From contig CAVVYR010000007.1 in assembly GCA_963752475.1 (NCBI GenBank), positions 128,001 through 192,000 on the forward strand: 64,000 bases of DNA, written 5' to 3'. Below, piece after piece: positions 15,475-35,981 of the stretch. The DNA is from an uncultured Chloroflexia bacterium. GTDB taxonomy: Bacteria; Chloroflexota; Limnocylindria; Limnocylindrales; CSP1-4. Each line of letters starts with the position of its first letter. Position 1 is the first letter of the stretch. The notes below the pieces were generated by a model, which was given only the letters and a program-made list of their open reading frames with translations, was not told the DNA's origin and did not search any database. The translations under genes and the position numbers were made by a program.

Positions 15475-15514
15475 GGGGGAGGCCCACCCGGGCCGCAGCG
15501 AAAGGAACGACCAC
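15475..15514 (+). promoter_or_regulatory. Putative L1-binding autoregulatory leader before rplA
   Basis: GGGGAG-GGCCC/GGGCC hairpin-...GACCAC directly before the ATG, resembling L1-binding mRNA sites found between rplK and rplA. Confidence 0.55.
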
Positions 15515-16219
15515 ATGGGTAAGCACGGAAAGCGATACCAGGACGCAGCCAAGCTCGTCGAGGCAGGCAATGCCTACGAGCCTGAGCCGGCCATGGAGCT
15601 GCTGAAGCAGACCGCCACCACCAAGTTCGACGGCTCGGTCGAGGCGCACATCCGCCTCGGTGTCGACCCCCGTCACGCCGACCAGATGGTGCGCGGCACC
15701 GTCTCCCTGCCACACGGCAGCGGCAAGGTCGTGCGCGTGGCCGTCTTCGCCCAGGGTGACAAGGCCGCCGAGGCCAACGCCGCTGGTGCCGACTTCGTCG
15801 GGGCCGACGACCTGGCCGAGAAGATCGAGGGCGGCTGGACCGAGTTCGACGTGGCCGTGGCCACGCCCGACATGATGGGTCGCGTGGGCAAGCTCGGCCG
15901 CATCCTCGGCCGCAAGGGCCTGATGCCCAACCCCAAGGCGGGCACCGTCACCTTCGACCTCGAGCGCGTCATCGGCGAGCTCAAGGGTGGCCGCATCGAG
16001 TTCAAGGTCGACAAGGGCGGCATCATCCACGTGCCCTTCGGCCGCTCCAGCTTCGAGCCGGCCCAGTTGGCCGACAACCTTGCGGCCCTCACTGACGCGA
16101 TCAACCGCGCCCGGCCAAAGGAGATCAAGGGCCAGTACTTCAAGAGCCTCACCGTCGCGTCCACGATGGGCCCCGGCATCCGCGTCGATGTCCCGGGACT
16201 CCTCGCCCGCGCGGCCTAG
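15515..16219 (+). CDS. rplA: 50S ribosomal protein L1
   Basis: [31 protein letters not shown]. Confidence 0.98.
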   Translation: MGKHGKRYQDAAKLVEAGNAYEPEPAMELLKQTATTKFDGSVEAHIRLGVDPRHADQMVRGTVSLPHGSGKVVRVAVFAQGDKAAEANAAGADFVGADDLAEKIEGGWTEFDVAVATPDMMGRVGKLGRILGRKGLMPNPKAGTVTFDLERVIGELKGGRIEFKVDKGGIIHVPFGRSSFEPAQLADNLAALTDAINRARPKEIKGQYFKSLTVASTMGPGIRVDVPGLLARAA

Positions 16220-16291
16220 GCGAGCTAGCGGCAGGCTGCGGCCTGCCTCACCAAAGCGTTGACGGGGCGCTTCCCGTCGAAACGAAGACCG

Positions 16292-16511
16292 TTCCGCCAG
16301 AGACAGCGATGCGTCCGAGGCCACCTCGAGTGGCCGCGCCGCGAGCCCCGACGGGTTCGACGGACCGGGCCGAAATCGTCGACCGGACCACCCGCCAGGG
16401 TGGGTACGCCGACGGGCACGCCAAGGCAGGTGTCGAGACCGGACCACTGCGGTCCGGGTGCTGCATGTCGCAGCGACCGAAGCTCCTGTGCGGGACTCAC
16501 AGGGGCGGTCG
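16292..16511 (+). promoter_or_regulatory. L10 leader (L10(L12)4-binding) with additional downstream hairpins
   Basis: TCCG..GAGACAGCGAT(16293-16310) pairs with ATCGTCGACCGGA(16375-16387) in the AGAC-AG.../...CGA kink-turn-like arrangement typical of L10 leaders; GCTCCTGTG/CACAGGGGC hairpin downstream. Confidence 0.6.
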
Positions 16512-16544
16512 CGCCAGCGGCCCCCAGGACCGAAAGGAGGTCAC

Positions 16545-17072
16545 ATGCCCACAGAAGCCAAACAGGCAGCCGTGGCGGAGCTCGTCGAGCTCCTCAAAGA
16601 GACCGACGCCACGATCGTTTCCGACCATCGGGGCCTGTCCGTGGCTGATCTGCTCAAGGTGCGCCGAGAGCTGAGTGCGAAGGACATCCAGTACCGGATC
16701 ATCAAGAACCGCCTGGCCAAGATCGCGGCCGAACAGGCCGACCGCTCGGAGCTCGTACCGCTCCTCACCGGTCCCAGCGCGATCGCCATCGGCGCGGCTG
16801 ATGAAGCCGCTCTGGCGAAGGGCCTGATGGATGCCACCAAGCCCTTCAAGGTCGAGATCCGTGGCGCCGCGCTCAACGGCGAGACGGTCGACGCCAGCGT
16901 CGTCAAGGCGCTTGCTGCCCTACCCGGCCGCGAGCAGCTCCTGGCCCAGCTGGCCGGCGGGTTCAGTTCGCCGCTCAGCTCGATGGCCAGCCTCTTCGCC
17001 GCTCCGCTGCGCAACCTCGGCTACGGCCTGCAGCAGCTCAAGGAGCAACGCGAAGGCGCCGAAGCCGCCTAG
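16545..17072 (+). CDS. rplJ: 50S ribosomal protein L10
   Basis: SD AAAGGAGG before ATG 16545; DHRGLSV, KNRLAKIA, LPGREQLLAQL. Confidence 0.96.
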   Translation: MPTEAKQAAVAELVELLKETDATIVSDHRGLSVADLLKVRRELSAKDIQYRIIKNRLAKIAAEQADRSELVPLLTGPSAIAIGAADEAALAKGLMDATKPFKVEIRGAALNGETVDASVVKALAALPGREQLLAQLAGGFSSPLSSMASLFAAPLRNLGYGLQQLKEQREGAEAA

Positions 17073-17129
17073 CACCCACCCACGACCATCCCAGCCCCTT
17101 CCCCGACACCCGAAAGGAACGACATCACC

Positions 17130-17525
17130 ATGGCTACCAAGCTTTCCCAGGACGACCTTCTCGAGGCCATCGACGGCATGACCGTCCTCGAGCTCTCCGA
17201 GTTCATCAAGGCCTTCGAGGAGCGCTACGGCGTGACCGCTGCCGCTCCGGCCGCTGCCGCCGTCGCCGCCGCTCCGGCCGGCGGTGAGGCCGCTGCCGAC
17301 GAAGCTGCCGAGCAGACCGAGTTCGAGGTCGTGCTGACCGAGATCGGCCCCAACAAGATCCCCGTCATCAAGGTCGTGCGCGAGCTGACCGGCCTCGGCC
17401 TCAAGGAGGCCAAGGACGTCGTCGACGCCGCGCCCAAGGCCGTCAAGGAGGGCGTGGACAAGGACGAGGCCGAGAAGATCAAGGCTGCGCTCGAGGAGCA
17501 GGGCGCCAAGGTCGACATCAAGTAG
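17130..17525 (+). CDS. rplL: 50S ribosomal protein L7/L12
   Basis: [39 protein letters not shown]. Confidence 0.98.
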   Translation: MATKLSQDDLLEAIDGMTVLELSEFIKAFEERYGVTAAAPAAAAVAAAPAGGEAAADEAAEQTEFEVVLTEIGPNKIPVIKVVRELTGLGLKEAKDVVDAAPKAVKEGVDKDEAEKIKAALEEQGAKVDIK

Positions 17526-17544
17526 GACCCCTGGCAACCCAGCG

Positions 17545-17580
17545 ATGGGGGAGGCCTCCGGGCCTCCCCCATTCGTCGTG
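17545..17580 (+). terminator. Terminator hairpin after rplL
   Basis: ATGGGGGAGGCC-TCCG-GGCCTCCCCCAT 12-bp stem with a weak T-rich tail. Confidence 0.7.
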
Positions 17581-17591
17581 TCCAGCCGCTG

Positions 17592-17620
17592 TTGACGGGT
17601 CGTCGATGAGGCGATACCAT
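17592..17620 (+). promoter_or_regulatory. sigma70-type promoter of rpoBC
   Basis: TTGACG-17 nt-TACCAT. Confidence 0.7.
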
Positions 17621-17714
17621 ACACGGTCGGTGAGCGCGGCCCTTTTCTTTTCAACGACCCATGTGGTCGGATTCCCGTGCCTTGATCGCCTCTCCCTGAG
17701 GCCAGGAGTGCCCC

Positions 17715-21182
<3,468 letters not shown>

Positions 21183-21200
21183 CCACCACCCCGGGCCACC

Positions 21201-21223
21201 GGCCCGGAGCATCGCTCCGGGCC
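21201..21223 (+). other. Intergenic hairpin between rpoB and rpoC
   Basis: GGCCCGGAGC-ATC-GCTCCGGGCC perfect 10-bp stem. Confidence 0.5.
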
Positions 21224-21270
21224 ACCCGCGCATCCCGCACCGCTGACGACGGCGCGGCACAAGGAGAACG

Positions 21271-25872
<4,602 letters not shown>

Positions 25873-25895
25873 CCGCTCTCTCACCACAGCAGCCC

Positions 25896-25927
25896 GAGGC
25901 GGTCGGATCGAGAGGTCCGGCCGCTTC
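25896..25927 (+). terminator. Hairpin after rpoC, probable terminator
   Basis: GAGGCGGTCGGATC-GAGA-GGTCCGGCCGCTTC, 14 bp including G-U pairs, GNRA tetraloop. Confidence 0.6.
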
Positions 25928-26094
25928 GCACATCTGGAGGCATGGCCTTGGTCGACCGGCCAGGTGTCGATCCGTGGCGCTGTCGGTCGACCGTTCGGTG
26001 CACCCGTCGGTCCGGACTGGTCCTGCCACGACGGAGCCCCGCTTCGGCCGACCCGAGGAGGCGGCCCCGGACGGCCCGAGGAGACTGCTCCACA

Positions 26095-26257
26095 GTGGCT
26101 ATCCCCCGATGGCTGAACTCGACGCCGTCGACGGCGGAGTGGTGCATCTCAGCCTGCGGCACACTCGGATCGTCAGTCCCAGTCCGCACTGGGCTGAGAC
26201 CGTGCACCCAAGCTCCTGGGCTGGTCGAGTCCAGCCATCGGGGGATGACCGAGCCAC
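26095..26257. repeat. Long nested inverted repeat forming a rod-like hairpin (candidate ncRNA or MITE-like element)
   Basis: 26101-26123 and 26224-26246 are reverse complements at 22/23 positions; nested inner stems GGTGCA/TGCACC, TCTCAGCC/GGCTGAGA, TGCGG/CCGCA. Confidence 0.75.
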
Positions 26258-26353
26258 CGGACAGCACTGCCGGCAGGCCCACTGAGCGATCGGCACCGAT
26301 GGAGGCACCGAGCAGCCACTGCGGGCGGAGCCGTACGAGCGAGCATGCCGTCG

Positions 26354-26382
26354 TTGACGAGCGTGTGAGGCGCTGCTAGACT
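26354..26382 (+). promoter_or_regulatory. sigma70-type promoter of the rpsL (str) superoperon
   Basis: TTGACG-17 nt-TAGACT with extended TG. Confidence 0.7.
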
Positions 26383-26614
26383 GCACCGTCGCGGCTGAAA
26401 CAGGCCGCTCGGTTGCGTGCGCGCCGGCCCCAGGGTCGATGAGCACCACCGAGGCAGCGACCCCGCGAGGGGGCCCGCGCTCGGGCCCGGACGCCGGGAC
26501 CCAGACCGCTGCCGAGACCACAGCCAGAACACCGTGAGACAGGGGACCGTGCGCTCCGCGCGATCCGTGACCCGCGTCAGTACGACGCCCATCGATAAGG
26601 GAGACGAACGCTCC

Positions 26615-27027
<413 letters not shown>

Positions 27028-27028
<1 letters not shown>

Positions 27029-27492
27029 TGCCACGTCGACCGCAGACCCCTCGCAAGGTCAAGTACTCGCCGCCGCTCACCCGCACCACGGATCGCTTCG
27101 TGGTCAAGCTGATGAAGGACGGCAAGAAGGGCCTGGCCGAGAAGATCCTGCGCCAGGCGCTCGCGCGTGCGGAGGCCCAGGCCGGCCGCCCCGGCCTGGA
27201 GGTCCTCGACGCGGCCCTGCGCAACGCCACCCCCATCATCGAGGTCAAGCCCCGTCGTGTCGGTGGTGCTACCTACCAGGTGCCCGTCGAGATCCGCGGC
27301 GACCGTCGCACCAGTCTGGGCGTGCGCTGGCTCGTCCAGGCCGCGCGGAAGCGCAGCGGCAAGTCCATGAGCGAGAAGCTGGCCTTCGAGCTCGTGGATG
27401 CCATGAACGGCCTCGGCGCCGCTGTGAAGCGTCGCGAGGACACCCACAAGATGGCCGACGCCAACAAGGCGTTCAGCCACTTCCGCTGGTAA
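27028..27492 (+). CDS. rpsG: 30S ribosomal protein S7
   Basis: RRVGGATYQVPVE, HKMADANKAFSHFRW. Confidence 0.98.
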
Positions 27493-27528
27493 CAGCGGCT
27501 ACTCTCGCTACGAGGAACCTGTAGACCG

Positions 27529-29601
27529 ATGACACGGAAGTTCCCGCTTGCTCGCACGCGGAACATCGGAATCATCGCGCATATCGACGCCGGCAAGACC
27601 ACCGTCACCGAGCGGATCCTGTTCTATACGGACAAGATCTACAAGATCGGTGAGGTGCATGAGGGCGCGGCCACGATGGACTGGATGCCCCAGGAACAGG
27701 AACGCGGCATCACCATCACGGCCGCGGCCACGACCTGCTTCTGGAAGAACACGCGCATCAACATCATCGATACGCCCGGACACGTGGACTTCACCGTCGA
27801 GGTGGAGCGCAGCTTGCGCGTGCTCGACGGTGCGGTCGTCGTCTTCGACGGGGTCGCTGGTGTGGAGCCGCAGTCCGAGACGGTCTGGCGCCAGGCCGAC
27901 CGCTACGGCGTGCCTCGCTTCTGCTTCATCAACAAGCTCGATCGCACCGGCGCCGACTTCTGGGCCGGCGTGGAGTCGATCAAGGAGCGCCTGGGCGCCA
28001 ACGCCGTCCCGGTGCAGCTGCCTATCGGTCAGGAAGCCGCTTTCGAGGGCGTCATCGACCTCATCGAGATGAACGCCATCGTCTACAAGGACGACCTCGG
28101 GGCGCAGCCGGAGATCACCGAGATCCCGGCAGACATGCTCGAGGAGGCCAAGACCCACCGCGCCGCCATGATCGAGGCCGTGGCCGAGCTCGACGACGAG
28201 CTGACCATGAAGTTCCTCGAAGGCGAGGAGCTCACCCCGGACGAGATCAGGCACGGTCTGCGCCTGGGCACGCTCCAGAACCGCGTGGTCCCCGTGCTCA
28301 CCGGCACGGCGCTCAAGAACAAGGGCGTGCAGCCCATGCTCGACGCGGTCGTCGACTACCTGCCCAGCCCGCTCGACGTGCCACCCATCACCGGCACCGA
28401 TGAAGACGGCAACGAGGTCACCCGAGCGGTCGACGACAAGGAGCCCTTCGCGGCCCTCGCCTTCAAGATCGCGGCCGACCCCTTCGTGGGCAAGCTGGCC
28501 TTCTTCCGTGTCTATAGCGGCAAGCTCAAGACCGGATCCTACGTCTACAACGCCTCCAAGGACCGCAAGGAGCGCGTCGGCCGCATCGTGGAGCTCCACG
28601 CCAACTCGCGCGAGGAGATCGCCGAGGTCGGTGCCGGCGATATCGCCGCCGCCGTGGGCCTCAAGGAGACCTACACCGGCGACACCCTGACCGATATGGA
28701 CCACCCGGTGATCCTCGAGTCGATAACCTTCCCCGAGCCCGTCATCGAGGTCGCCATCGAGCCCAAGACCAAGGCCGACCAGGACAAGTTGGCGGTGGCT
28801 CTGCAGCGCCTTGCCGAGGAGGACCCCACCTTCCGCGTCCACAACGATGAGGAGTCGGGTCAGACCCTCATCGCGGGCATGGGTGAGCTCCACCTCGACG
28901 TGCTCGTCGACCGCATGGTCCGCGAGTTCAAGGTGGCGGCCAACGTGGGCAAGCCCCAGGTCTCGTATCGGGAGAGCATCCGCCGCGAGGCGCAGGGCAA
29001 CGGACGCTTCGTGCGCCAGACCGGTGGCCGCGGCCAGTACGGCCACGCCATCATCAAGCTGGAGCCGGGCGAGAAGGGGAGTGGCTACGAGTTCATCGAC
29101 AAGATCGTCGGCGGTGTCATCCCCCGCGAATACATCAAGTCGGTCGACGCGGGCATCCGTGAGGCGCTCGAGACGGGCGTCTACGCCGGCTACCCCATGG
29201 TCGACGTCAAGGCCACCCTCTTCGATGGCTCCATGCACGACGTGGACTCCTCGGAGATGGCCTTCAAGATCGCTGGCTCCATGGCCGCCAAGGCTGCTGT
29301 CCAGAAGGCGGATCCGGCCATCCTCGAGCCGGTGATGCGCGTCGAGGTCGTCATGCCCGAGGAGTTCATGGGCGACGTCATCGGCGATCTCAACAGCCGC
29401 CGCGGTCACATCGAAGGGATGGACAACCGCAACGGCACACAGGTGGTCAGCGCCTTCGTGCCGCTGGCCTCGATGTTCGGCTACGTGACCGACCTTCGCA
29501 GCGTGACCCAGGGACGCGCGACCTCCTCCATGGAGTTCTCGCACTACTCGGAAGTACCCAAGGCCATCGCCCAGGAACTGGTCCAGAAGGCCGCGGTCTA
29601 G
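27529..29601 (+). CDS. fusA: Elongation factor G
   Basis: [31 protein letters not shown]. Confidence 0.99.
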   Translation: MTRKFPLARTRNIGIIAHIDAGKTTVTERILFYTDKIYKIGEVHEGAATMDWMPQEQERGITITAAATTCFWKNTRINIIDTPGHVDFTVEVERSLRVLDGAVVVFDGVAGVEPQSETVWRQADRYGVPRFCFINKLDRTGADFWAGVESIKERLGANAVPVQLPIGQEAAFEGVIDLIEMNAIVYKDDLGAQPEITEIPADMLEEAKTHRAAMIEAVAELDDELTMKFLEGEELTPDEIRHGLRLGTLQNRVVPVLTGTALKNKGVQPMLDAVVDYLPSPLDVPPITGTDEDGNEVTRAVDDKEPFAALAFKIAADPFVGKLAFFRVYSGKLKTGSYVYNASKDRKERVGRIVELHANSREEIAEVGAGDIAAAVGLKETYTGDTLTDMDHPVILESITFPEPVIEVAIEPKTKADQDKLAVALQRLAEEDPTFRVHNDEESGQTLIAGMGELHLDVLVDRMVREFKVAANVGKPQVSYRESIRREAQGNGRFVRQTGGRGQYGHAIIKLEPGEKGSGYEFIDKIVGGVIPREYIKSVDAGIREALETGVYAGYPMVDVKATLFDGSMHDVDSSEMAFKIAGSMAAKAAVQKADPAILEPVMRVEVVMPEEFMGDVIGDLNSRRGHIEGMDNRNGTQVVSAFVPLASMFGYVTDLRSVTQGRATSSMEFSHYSEVPKAIAQELVQKAAV

Positions 29602-29676
29602 GCATACACACCAGAGCAACCAACCAACCGATCAAGAGCAACCAGTAACAGGACGTAGCAGAGGACGACGACGGCA

Positions 29677-30873
<1,197 letters not shown>

Positions 30874-30878
30874 GGGGT

Positions 30879-31187
30879 ATGGCACGGCAGCGGATCCGGA
30901 TCCGCCTCAAGGCATACGATCACCGGCTCCTGGACCAGTCCGCGCTTCAGATCGTGGAGACGGCCCAGCGCACCGGGGCCGAGGTCGTCGGCCCGGTACC
31001 GCTGCCGACCCGGATCGAGAAGTTCACGGTCCTGCGGTCCCCGTTCATCGACAAGGACAGCCGGGAGCAGTTCGAGATCCGCACCCACAAGCGGCTCATC
31101 GACATCCTGGACCCGTCGTCCAAGACCGTCGACGCGCTGATGCGCCTCTCGCTGGCCGCCGGCGTCGACATCGAGATCAGGATGTAA
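30879..31187 (+). CDS. rpsJ: 30S ribosomal protein S10
   Basis: [15 protein letters not shown]...[16 protein letters not shown]; ATG at 30879. Confidence 0.98.
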   Translation: MARQRIRIRLKAYDHRLLDQSALQIVETAQRTGAEVVGPVPLPTRIEKFTVLRSPFIDKDSREQFEIRTHKRLIDILDPSSKTVDALMRLSLAAGVDIEIRM

Positions 31188-31796
31188 ATGAGTATCGGAG
31201 TGATCGGCCGCAAGGTCGGAATGACACAGGTCTTCGCTGAGGACGGCACGATGGTGCCGGTCTCCGTGGTGGCCGTCGAACCCAACACCGTGACCCTGCT
31301 CCGCACGCAGGAGCAGGACGGCTACACCGCCGTCCAGGTCGGCACCGGCACCGCCCGGGTGACGACCAAGCCGCGTGCGGGTCAGCTCAAGGACCTGCCC
31401 AAGGTCCGCGACGTGCGCGAGTTCCGCGTCGACGACACGGCCGACTACGAAGTCGGCCAGACCATCGACGTGAGCATCTTCGAGGACGGTGAGTCCGTGG
31501 ACGTCACCGGCACCTCCAAGGGCAAGGGCTTCGCTGGCACCATCAAGCGCCACCACTTCCGCCGCGGTCCGGAGACACATGGCTCCGACTCGCACCGAGC
31601 TCCCGGCTCGATCGGCGGCGGCACGTACCCGGGCAAGGTCTTCCGTGGCTCCCCGATGGCGGGCCACATGGGCCATGAGCGGGTCACCGTCAAGAACGCC
31701 ACCATCGTGCGCACCGACGCCGAGCGCAACCTGCTGCTCGTCAGGGGTCCGGTCCCCGGTCCCCGCAACGCGCTCGTCGTGGTCAGGAAGGCATAG
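31188..31796 (+). CDS. rplC: 50S ribosomal protein L3
   Basis: [23 protein letters not shown]. Confidence 0.98.
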   Translation: MSIGVIGRKVGMTQVFAEDGTMVPVSVVAVEPNTVTLLRTQEQDGYTAVQVGTGTARVTTKPRAGQLKDLPKVRDVREFRVDDTADYEVGQTIDVSIFEDGESVDVTGTSKGKGFAGTIKRHHFRRGPETHGSDSHRAPGSIGGGTYPGKVFRGSPMAGHMGHERVTVKNATIVRTDAERNLLLVRGPVPGPRNALVVVRKA

Positions 31797-31800
31797 TCCG

Positions 31801-32424
31801 ATGCCAACGACCCCTCTCTTCGACAAGTCCGGCTCCGAAGCCGGCACCATCGATCTGCCGGATGCGCTGTTCGCGGCTCCCGTGAACACGGCCGTCATGC
31901 ATCAGGCCGTCGTGGCCCAGATGGCCGGCCGCCGCATCGGTACGGCCAAGGTCAAGACGCGTTCCGAGGTCCGCGGTGGCGGCCGCAAGCCGTATCGCCA
32001 GAAGGGCACCGGCCGTGCGCGCCAGGGCACCCGCTCGGCACCCCATTACAAGGGCGGCGGCGTGGTCTTCGGCCCCACCCCGCGCCAGTACGACAAGCGT
32101 ATGCCCAAGCGCATGCGTCGGCTCGCACTCGTGGGTGCACTCACGGCCAAGTTCGACGACGGCGTAGTGAAGGTCGTCAATGACCTCGAGCTCGACGAGA
32201 TCAAGACCCAGCAGCTGCTCGGCCACCTGAGCTCGCTCGAGGCCGCGGGCAAGGTGCTCGTGGTGGAGGACGGCAAGAACGAGGCGCTCGAGCTCTCCGC
32301 TCGGAACGTGCCCGACCTGGTCATCATCCGCTCGGACTCGCTCAACGTCGTCGACGTCATCGACGCCGACGCCATCGTCATCACGAAGCCATCGATCTCG
32401 ACCATGTCGGAGGTGTACGCATGA
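31801..32424 (+). CDS. rplD: 50S ribosomal protein L4
   Basis: [23 protein letters not shown]; ATG at 31801. Confidence 0.97.
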   Translation: MPTTPLFDKSGSEAGTIDLPDALFAAPVNTAVMHQAVVAQMAGRRIGTAKVKTRSEVRGGGRKPYRQKGTGRARQGTRSAPHYKGGGVVFGPTPRQYDKRMPKRMRRLALVGALTAKFDDGVVKVVNDLELDEIKTQQLLGHLSSLEAAGKVLVVEDGKNEALELSARNVPDLVIIRSDSLNVVDVIDADAIVITKPSISTMSEVYA

Positions 32425-32723
32425 CCCTCGAGGCCACGCAGATCGTCCTTCGGCCGGTCATCAGCGAGAAGTCGATGGACCAGTCGACCGTCAACAAGTA
32501 CACCTTCGCGGTCGCCGACGACGCCAACAAGATGCAGATCAAGGACGCCGTCGAGGAGCTCTTCAAGGTCACCGTCACCAACGTGAACGTGATGACCACG
32601 AAGCGCAAGGAGAAGTCCCGCAATCGCCGTCGCGGGCGCCAGGTCGGCTACACGTCCCCCTGGAAGAAGGCCGTCGTGACCATCAAGGCCGGCGACTCGA
32701 TCGAATTCTTCGAGGGAGTCTAA
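32421..32723 (+). CDS. rplW: 50S ribosomal protein L23
   Basis: [15 protein letters not shown]. Confidence 0.97.
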   Translation: MTLEATQIVLRPVISEKSMDQSTVNKYTFAVADDANKMQIKDAVEELFKVTVTNVNVMTTKRKEKSRNRRRGRQVGYTSPWKKAVVTIKAGDSIEFFEGV

Positions 32724-32725
32724 GC

Positions 32726-33553
32726 ATGCCGATCCGAGGCTATAAGCCGACCTCCCCGGGTCGCCGCTTCATGACGCGGTCGACCTTCGAGGAGATCACC
32801 ACCGACAAGCCCTACAAGCCGCTCGTCGAGTCCAAGAAGCGTGGCTCCGGCCGCAACTCTCAGGGCCGCATGACCGTCCGCCATCGTGGCGGCGGTGCGA
32901 AGCGCAACTACCGTCTCATCGACTTCAAGCGCGACAAGCTGGACGTGCCAGCGAAGCTCGCGACCATCGAGTACGACCCCAACCGTTCGGCGCGCATCGG
33001 CCTGCTGCACTACGCGGACGGCGAGAAGCGCTACATCCTCGTGCCCGCCGGGCTCAAGGTCGGCGACGTCGTCGTGGCCGGCTCCAAGGCCGAGGCGCGC
33101 GTGGGCAACGCCCTGCCGCTGAAGTCCATCCCGCTCGGCACGCAGCTGCACAACATCGAGCTGGTGCCCGGCAAGGGCGGTCAGATCGTCCGCTCCGCGG
33201 GCACCTCGGCGCAGCTGATGGCCAAGGAGGGGCAGTACGCCCTCGTGCGCCTGCCTTCGGGTGAGGTGCGCCGCGTGGACATGCGCTGCATGGCCACCGT
33301 CGGCCAGGTCGGCAACATCGATCATGAGAACCAGAGCCTCGGCAAGGCCGGTCGTGCCCGTCATCTGGGCAAGCGGCCCGAGGTCCGCGGTGTGGTCATG
33401 AACCCCAGGGACCATCCCCACGGTGGTGGCGAGGGCAAGTCGCCCACCGGCATGCCACCGAAGACCCCTTGGGGTGCGCCCGCAATGGGTCACCGCACCC
33501 GTCGTAACAAGAAGTCCGGTCGTTTGATCGCGACTTCCCGGCACCGCAAGTAG
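32726..33553 (+). CDS. rplB: 50S ribosomal protein L2
   Basis: [23 protein letters not shown]. Confidence 0.99.
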   Translation: MPIRGYKPTSPGRRFMTRSTFEEITTDKPYKPLVESKKRGSGRNSQGRMTVRHRGGGAKRNYRLIDFKRDKLDVPAKLATIEYDPNRSARIGLLHYADGEKRYILVPAGLKVGDVVVAGSKAEARVGNALPLKSIPLGTQLHNIELVPGKGGQIVRSAGTSAQLMAKEGQYALVRLPSGEVRRVDMRCMATVGQVGNIDHENQSLGKAGRARHLGKRPEVRGVVMNPRDHPHGGGEGKSPTGMPPKTPWGAPAMGHRTRRNKKSGRLIATSRHRK

Positions 33554-33568
33554 GCGAGGAGAAGCGAC

Positions 33569-33853
33569 ATGTCGCGTTCCCTGAAGAAGGGCCCGTACGT
33601 CGAGCAGCGGCTCCTGGCCCGCGTGCAGACGATGAACAAGAACAACGAGAAGCAGGTGATGAAGACCTGGTCGCGTGCCAGCGTCATCTTTCCTGACTTC
33701 ATCGGGCACACCATCGCCGTCTACAACGGCAAGAAGCACATCCCGGTGTTCATCTCGGAAAACATGGTCGGACACCGGCTCGGTGAGTTCGCACCCACCC
33801 GCAATTATCGCGGCCACGGGCGTCACACCGAGCGGTCCTCGGCGCTGAAGTAG
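33569..33853 (+). CDS. rpsS: 30S ribosomal protein S19
   Basis: [22 protein letters not shown]. Confidence 0.98.
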   Translation: MSRSLKKGPYVEQRLLARVQTMNKNNEKQVMKTWSRASVIFPDFIGHTIAVYNGKKHIPVFISENMVGHRLGEFAPTRNYRGHGRHTERSSALK

Positions 33854-33861
33854 GAGCCTCG

Positions 33862-34200
33862 ATGCGAGTTTCTGCTACCGCCAAGTACATCCGCCGCTCC
33901 ACGCGCAAGACGCGCCTGGTGACCCAGGCCATCGTCGGGCGACCGGTGGAGGAGGCGACGGCCATCCTGCAGTTCATGCCGCAGGGTGCCGCCCGCGATG
34001 TGGCCAAGGTGCTCAAGAGCGCCACGGCCAACGCGGAGAACAACCACGATCTTCCCGCTGACGAGCTTATCGTCGCGGAAGCCACAGCCAACGAGGGACC
34101 CACGATCAAGCGCTGGCGCCCACGCGCCCAGGGACGTGCATTCCCCATCAACAAGCCCATGACCCATGTCACGGTCGTGGTCGAGAACCGGGAGGCTTAG
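33862..34200 (+). CDS. rplV: 50S ribosomal protein L22
   Basis: [20 protein letters not shown]. Confidence 0.98.
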   Translation: MRVSATAKYIRRSTRKTRLVTQAIVGRPVEEATAILQFMPQGAARDVAKVLKSATANAENNHDLPADELIVAEATANEGPTIKRWRPRAQGRAFPINKPMTHVTVVVENREA

Positions 34201-34202
34201 GC

Positions 34203-34877
34203 ATGGGACACAAGGTCCACCCCAACGGCTTCCGGCTGGGCGTCTCGCGCACCTGGAACGCCAAGTGGTACTCCGACAAGGAGTACACCGAACTACTGCG
34301 TGAGGACATCGCTATCCGCACGCTCGTCAAGAAGCGACTGGCCAATGCCAGCGTCTCTCTGGTCGAGATCGAGCGAGGTATCAACCACGTGACCGTCACG
34401 GTCCACACCGCCAAGCCGGGCATCGTCATCGGCAAGGGCGGGGCCAACGTGGAAGCGCTGCGCCAGGCCGTAGGCAAGCTCACCGACCGCAAGGTCAAGG
34501 TGGAGATCCGCGAGATCCGCCAGCCGGAACTCGACGGCGTCCTGGTCGCGACCAACATCGCGCAGCAGCTGACCCGCCGCATCGCCTTCCGCAAGGCCAT
34601 CAAGCAGTCCATCCAGCGGAGCATGAAGGCCGGCGCCAAGGGTGTGAAGGTCCAGGTCTCCGGCCGCCTCGGCGGCTCCGAGATGGCCCGCCGCGAGTGG
34701 GACAAGGAAGGCCGCATCCCGCTGGGCACCCTGCGTGCCGACATCAGCTACGGCCAGGTCCTGAGCCGCACCACCTACGGCGCCATCGGCGTCAAGGTCT
34801 GGATCTACCGCGGCGACATCCTGCCCGAGAAGACCAAGCAGCCGGAGGCCGCCGCCGCGGCCGGGGGAAAGGCATAA
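34203..34877 (+). CDS. rpsC: 30S ribosomal protein S3
   Basis: [25 protein letters not shown]. Confidence 0.98.
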   Translation: MGHKVHPNGFRLGVSRTWNAKWYSDKEYTELLREDIAIRTLVKKRLANASVSLVEIERGINHVTVTVHTAKPGIVIGKGGANVEALRQAVGKLTDRKVKVEIREIRQPELDGVLVATNIAQQLTRRIAFRKAIKQSIQRSMKAGAKGVKVQVSGRLGGSEMARREWDKEGRIPLGTLRADISYGQVLSRTTYGAIGVKVWIYRGDILPEKTKQPEAAAAAGGKA

Positions 34878-34880
34878 GAC

Positions 34881-35309
34881 ATGTTGATGCCCCGTCGCGT
34901 CAAGCACCGGAAGCAGCAGCGTGGCCGCATGAGCGGCATCGCCAAGGGTGGTTCGACCATCGCTTTCGGCGACTACGCGCTGATGACCGAGGAGCCCGGC
35001 TACATCACCAGCCGCCAGATCGAGGCCGCTCGTCGTGCCATGACCCGCTACGTCCGCCGTGGCGGAAAGATCTGGATCCGCATCTTCCCGGACAAGCCGG
35101 TCACCAAGAAGCCGGCTGAGGTCCGGATGGGCAAGGGCAAGGGCGCGGCCGACCACTGGGTCGCCGTCGTCAAGCCCGGCCGCATCCTGTTCGAGATGGC
35201 CGGCGTCCCTCACGAGGACGCGGTCGAAGCCATGCGCCTGGCCAGCCACAAGCTGCCCACCAGCGTCAAGGTCCTGATCAGAGAGGGGGTCCATGATGGA
35301 GATCGCTAA
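34881..35309 (+). CDS. rplP: 50S ribosomal protein L16
   Basis: [22 protein letters not shown]. Confidence 0.98.
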   Translation: MLMPRRVKHRKQQRGRMSGIAKGGSTIAFGDYALMTEEPGYITSRQIEAARRAMTRYVRRGGKIWIRIFPDKPVTKKPAEVRMGKGKGAADHWVAVVKPGRILFEMAGVPHEDAVEAMRLASHKLPTSVKVLIREGVHDGDR

Positions 35310-35529
35310 GGCCCGCAGCCTCTCCGAGCAGGAGCTCGCCGAGGAGCTGGAGTCGGCCCGCCGTCATCTCTACGACCTGCGTTTCCAGCTGGCCACGCGC
35401 CAGCTCACCGACTACAGCCAGATCTCGCAGACGCGGAAGGACATCGCCCGCCTGCTGACCGTCCGGACCGAGCGCAAGCTCGACGGCGGCGCAGCGAGCG
35501 CTTCGACCGCGGCTGCCGGAGGAGAATAG
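35293..35529 (+). CDS. rpmC: 50S ribosomal protein L29
   Basis: [22 protein letters not shown]; position rplP-rpmC-rpsQ. Confidence 0.95.
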   Translation: MMEIAKARSLSEQELAEELESARRHLYDLRFQLATRQLTDYSQISQTRKDIARLLTVRTERKLDGGAASASTAAAGGE

Positions 35530-35981
35530 ATGAGCGCCGCTACTGCACCTGAGCGCGCCAAGCGCAAGACCAAGGTCGGCCGCGTCGTTTCCGACAAGAT
35601 GGACAAGACCATCGTCGTCTCCGTCGAGCGCCTGGCCCGCCACCGTATCTACAAGCGCGTCATCCGTCTGACCACCAAGTTCAAGGCGCATGACGAGAAC
35701 AACGAAGCCCACGTCGGCGACACGGTCCGCATCGAGGAGGCCCGCCCCCTCTCCGCGACCAAGCGCTGGCGCCTCACCGAGATCGTGACCAAGGCCGGCC
35801 TGGGTGCCGGTGAGGACGTGGTCTCCGAGGAGGCCGAGACCGCCGAGGCCATCCACATGGCTGCCCATCCGGGCAAGGTCAAGGCCGAAGAGGCCGAGGG
35901 GGCCGAGGGGGCCGCCGAGGCTCCGGCCGCCGAGGATCCGTCGCCGAGGCGCCCGCTGAGGGCGAGGAGGCGTCCGCATGA
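35530..35981 (+). CDS. rpsQ: 30S ribosomal protein S17 with acidic C-terminal extension; apparent 1-bp deletion near 35938-35941
   Basis: [23 protein letters not shown]. As given the ORF runs on to 36291 over rplN; restoring one base gives ...[18 protein letters not shown] overlapping the rplN ATG. Confidence 0.92.

Noticed and set aside
16259-16287. TTGACG as the -35 of an rplJ promoter
   Set aside because: No TANNNT at 16-18 nt spacing; it lies in a GACGGG/CCCGTC hairpin
25942-26379. 145-aa ORF and overlapping ORFs in the rpoC-rpsL gap
   Set aside because: Arg/Ser/Pro-rich with atypical codon usage, SD-like GGAGG too close to the ATG, and it spans the long inverted repeat and the rpsL promoter
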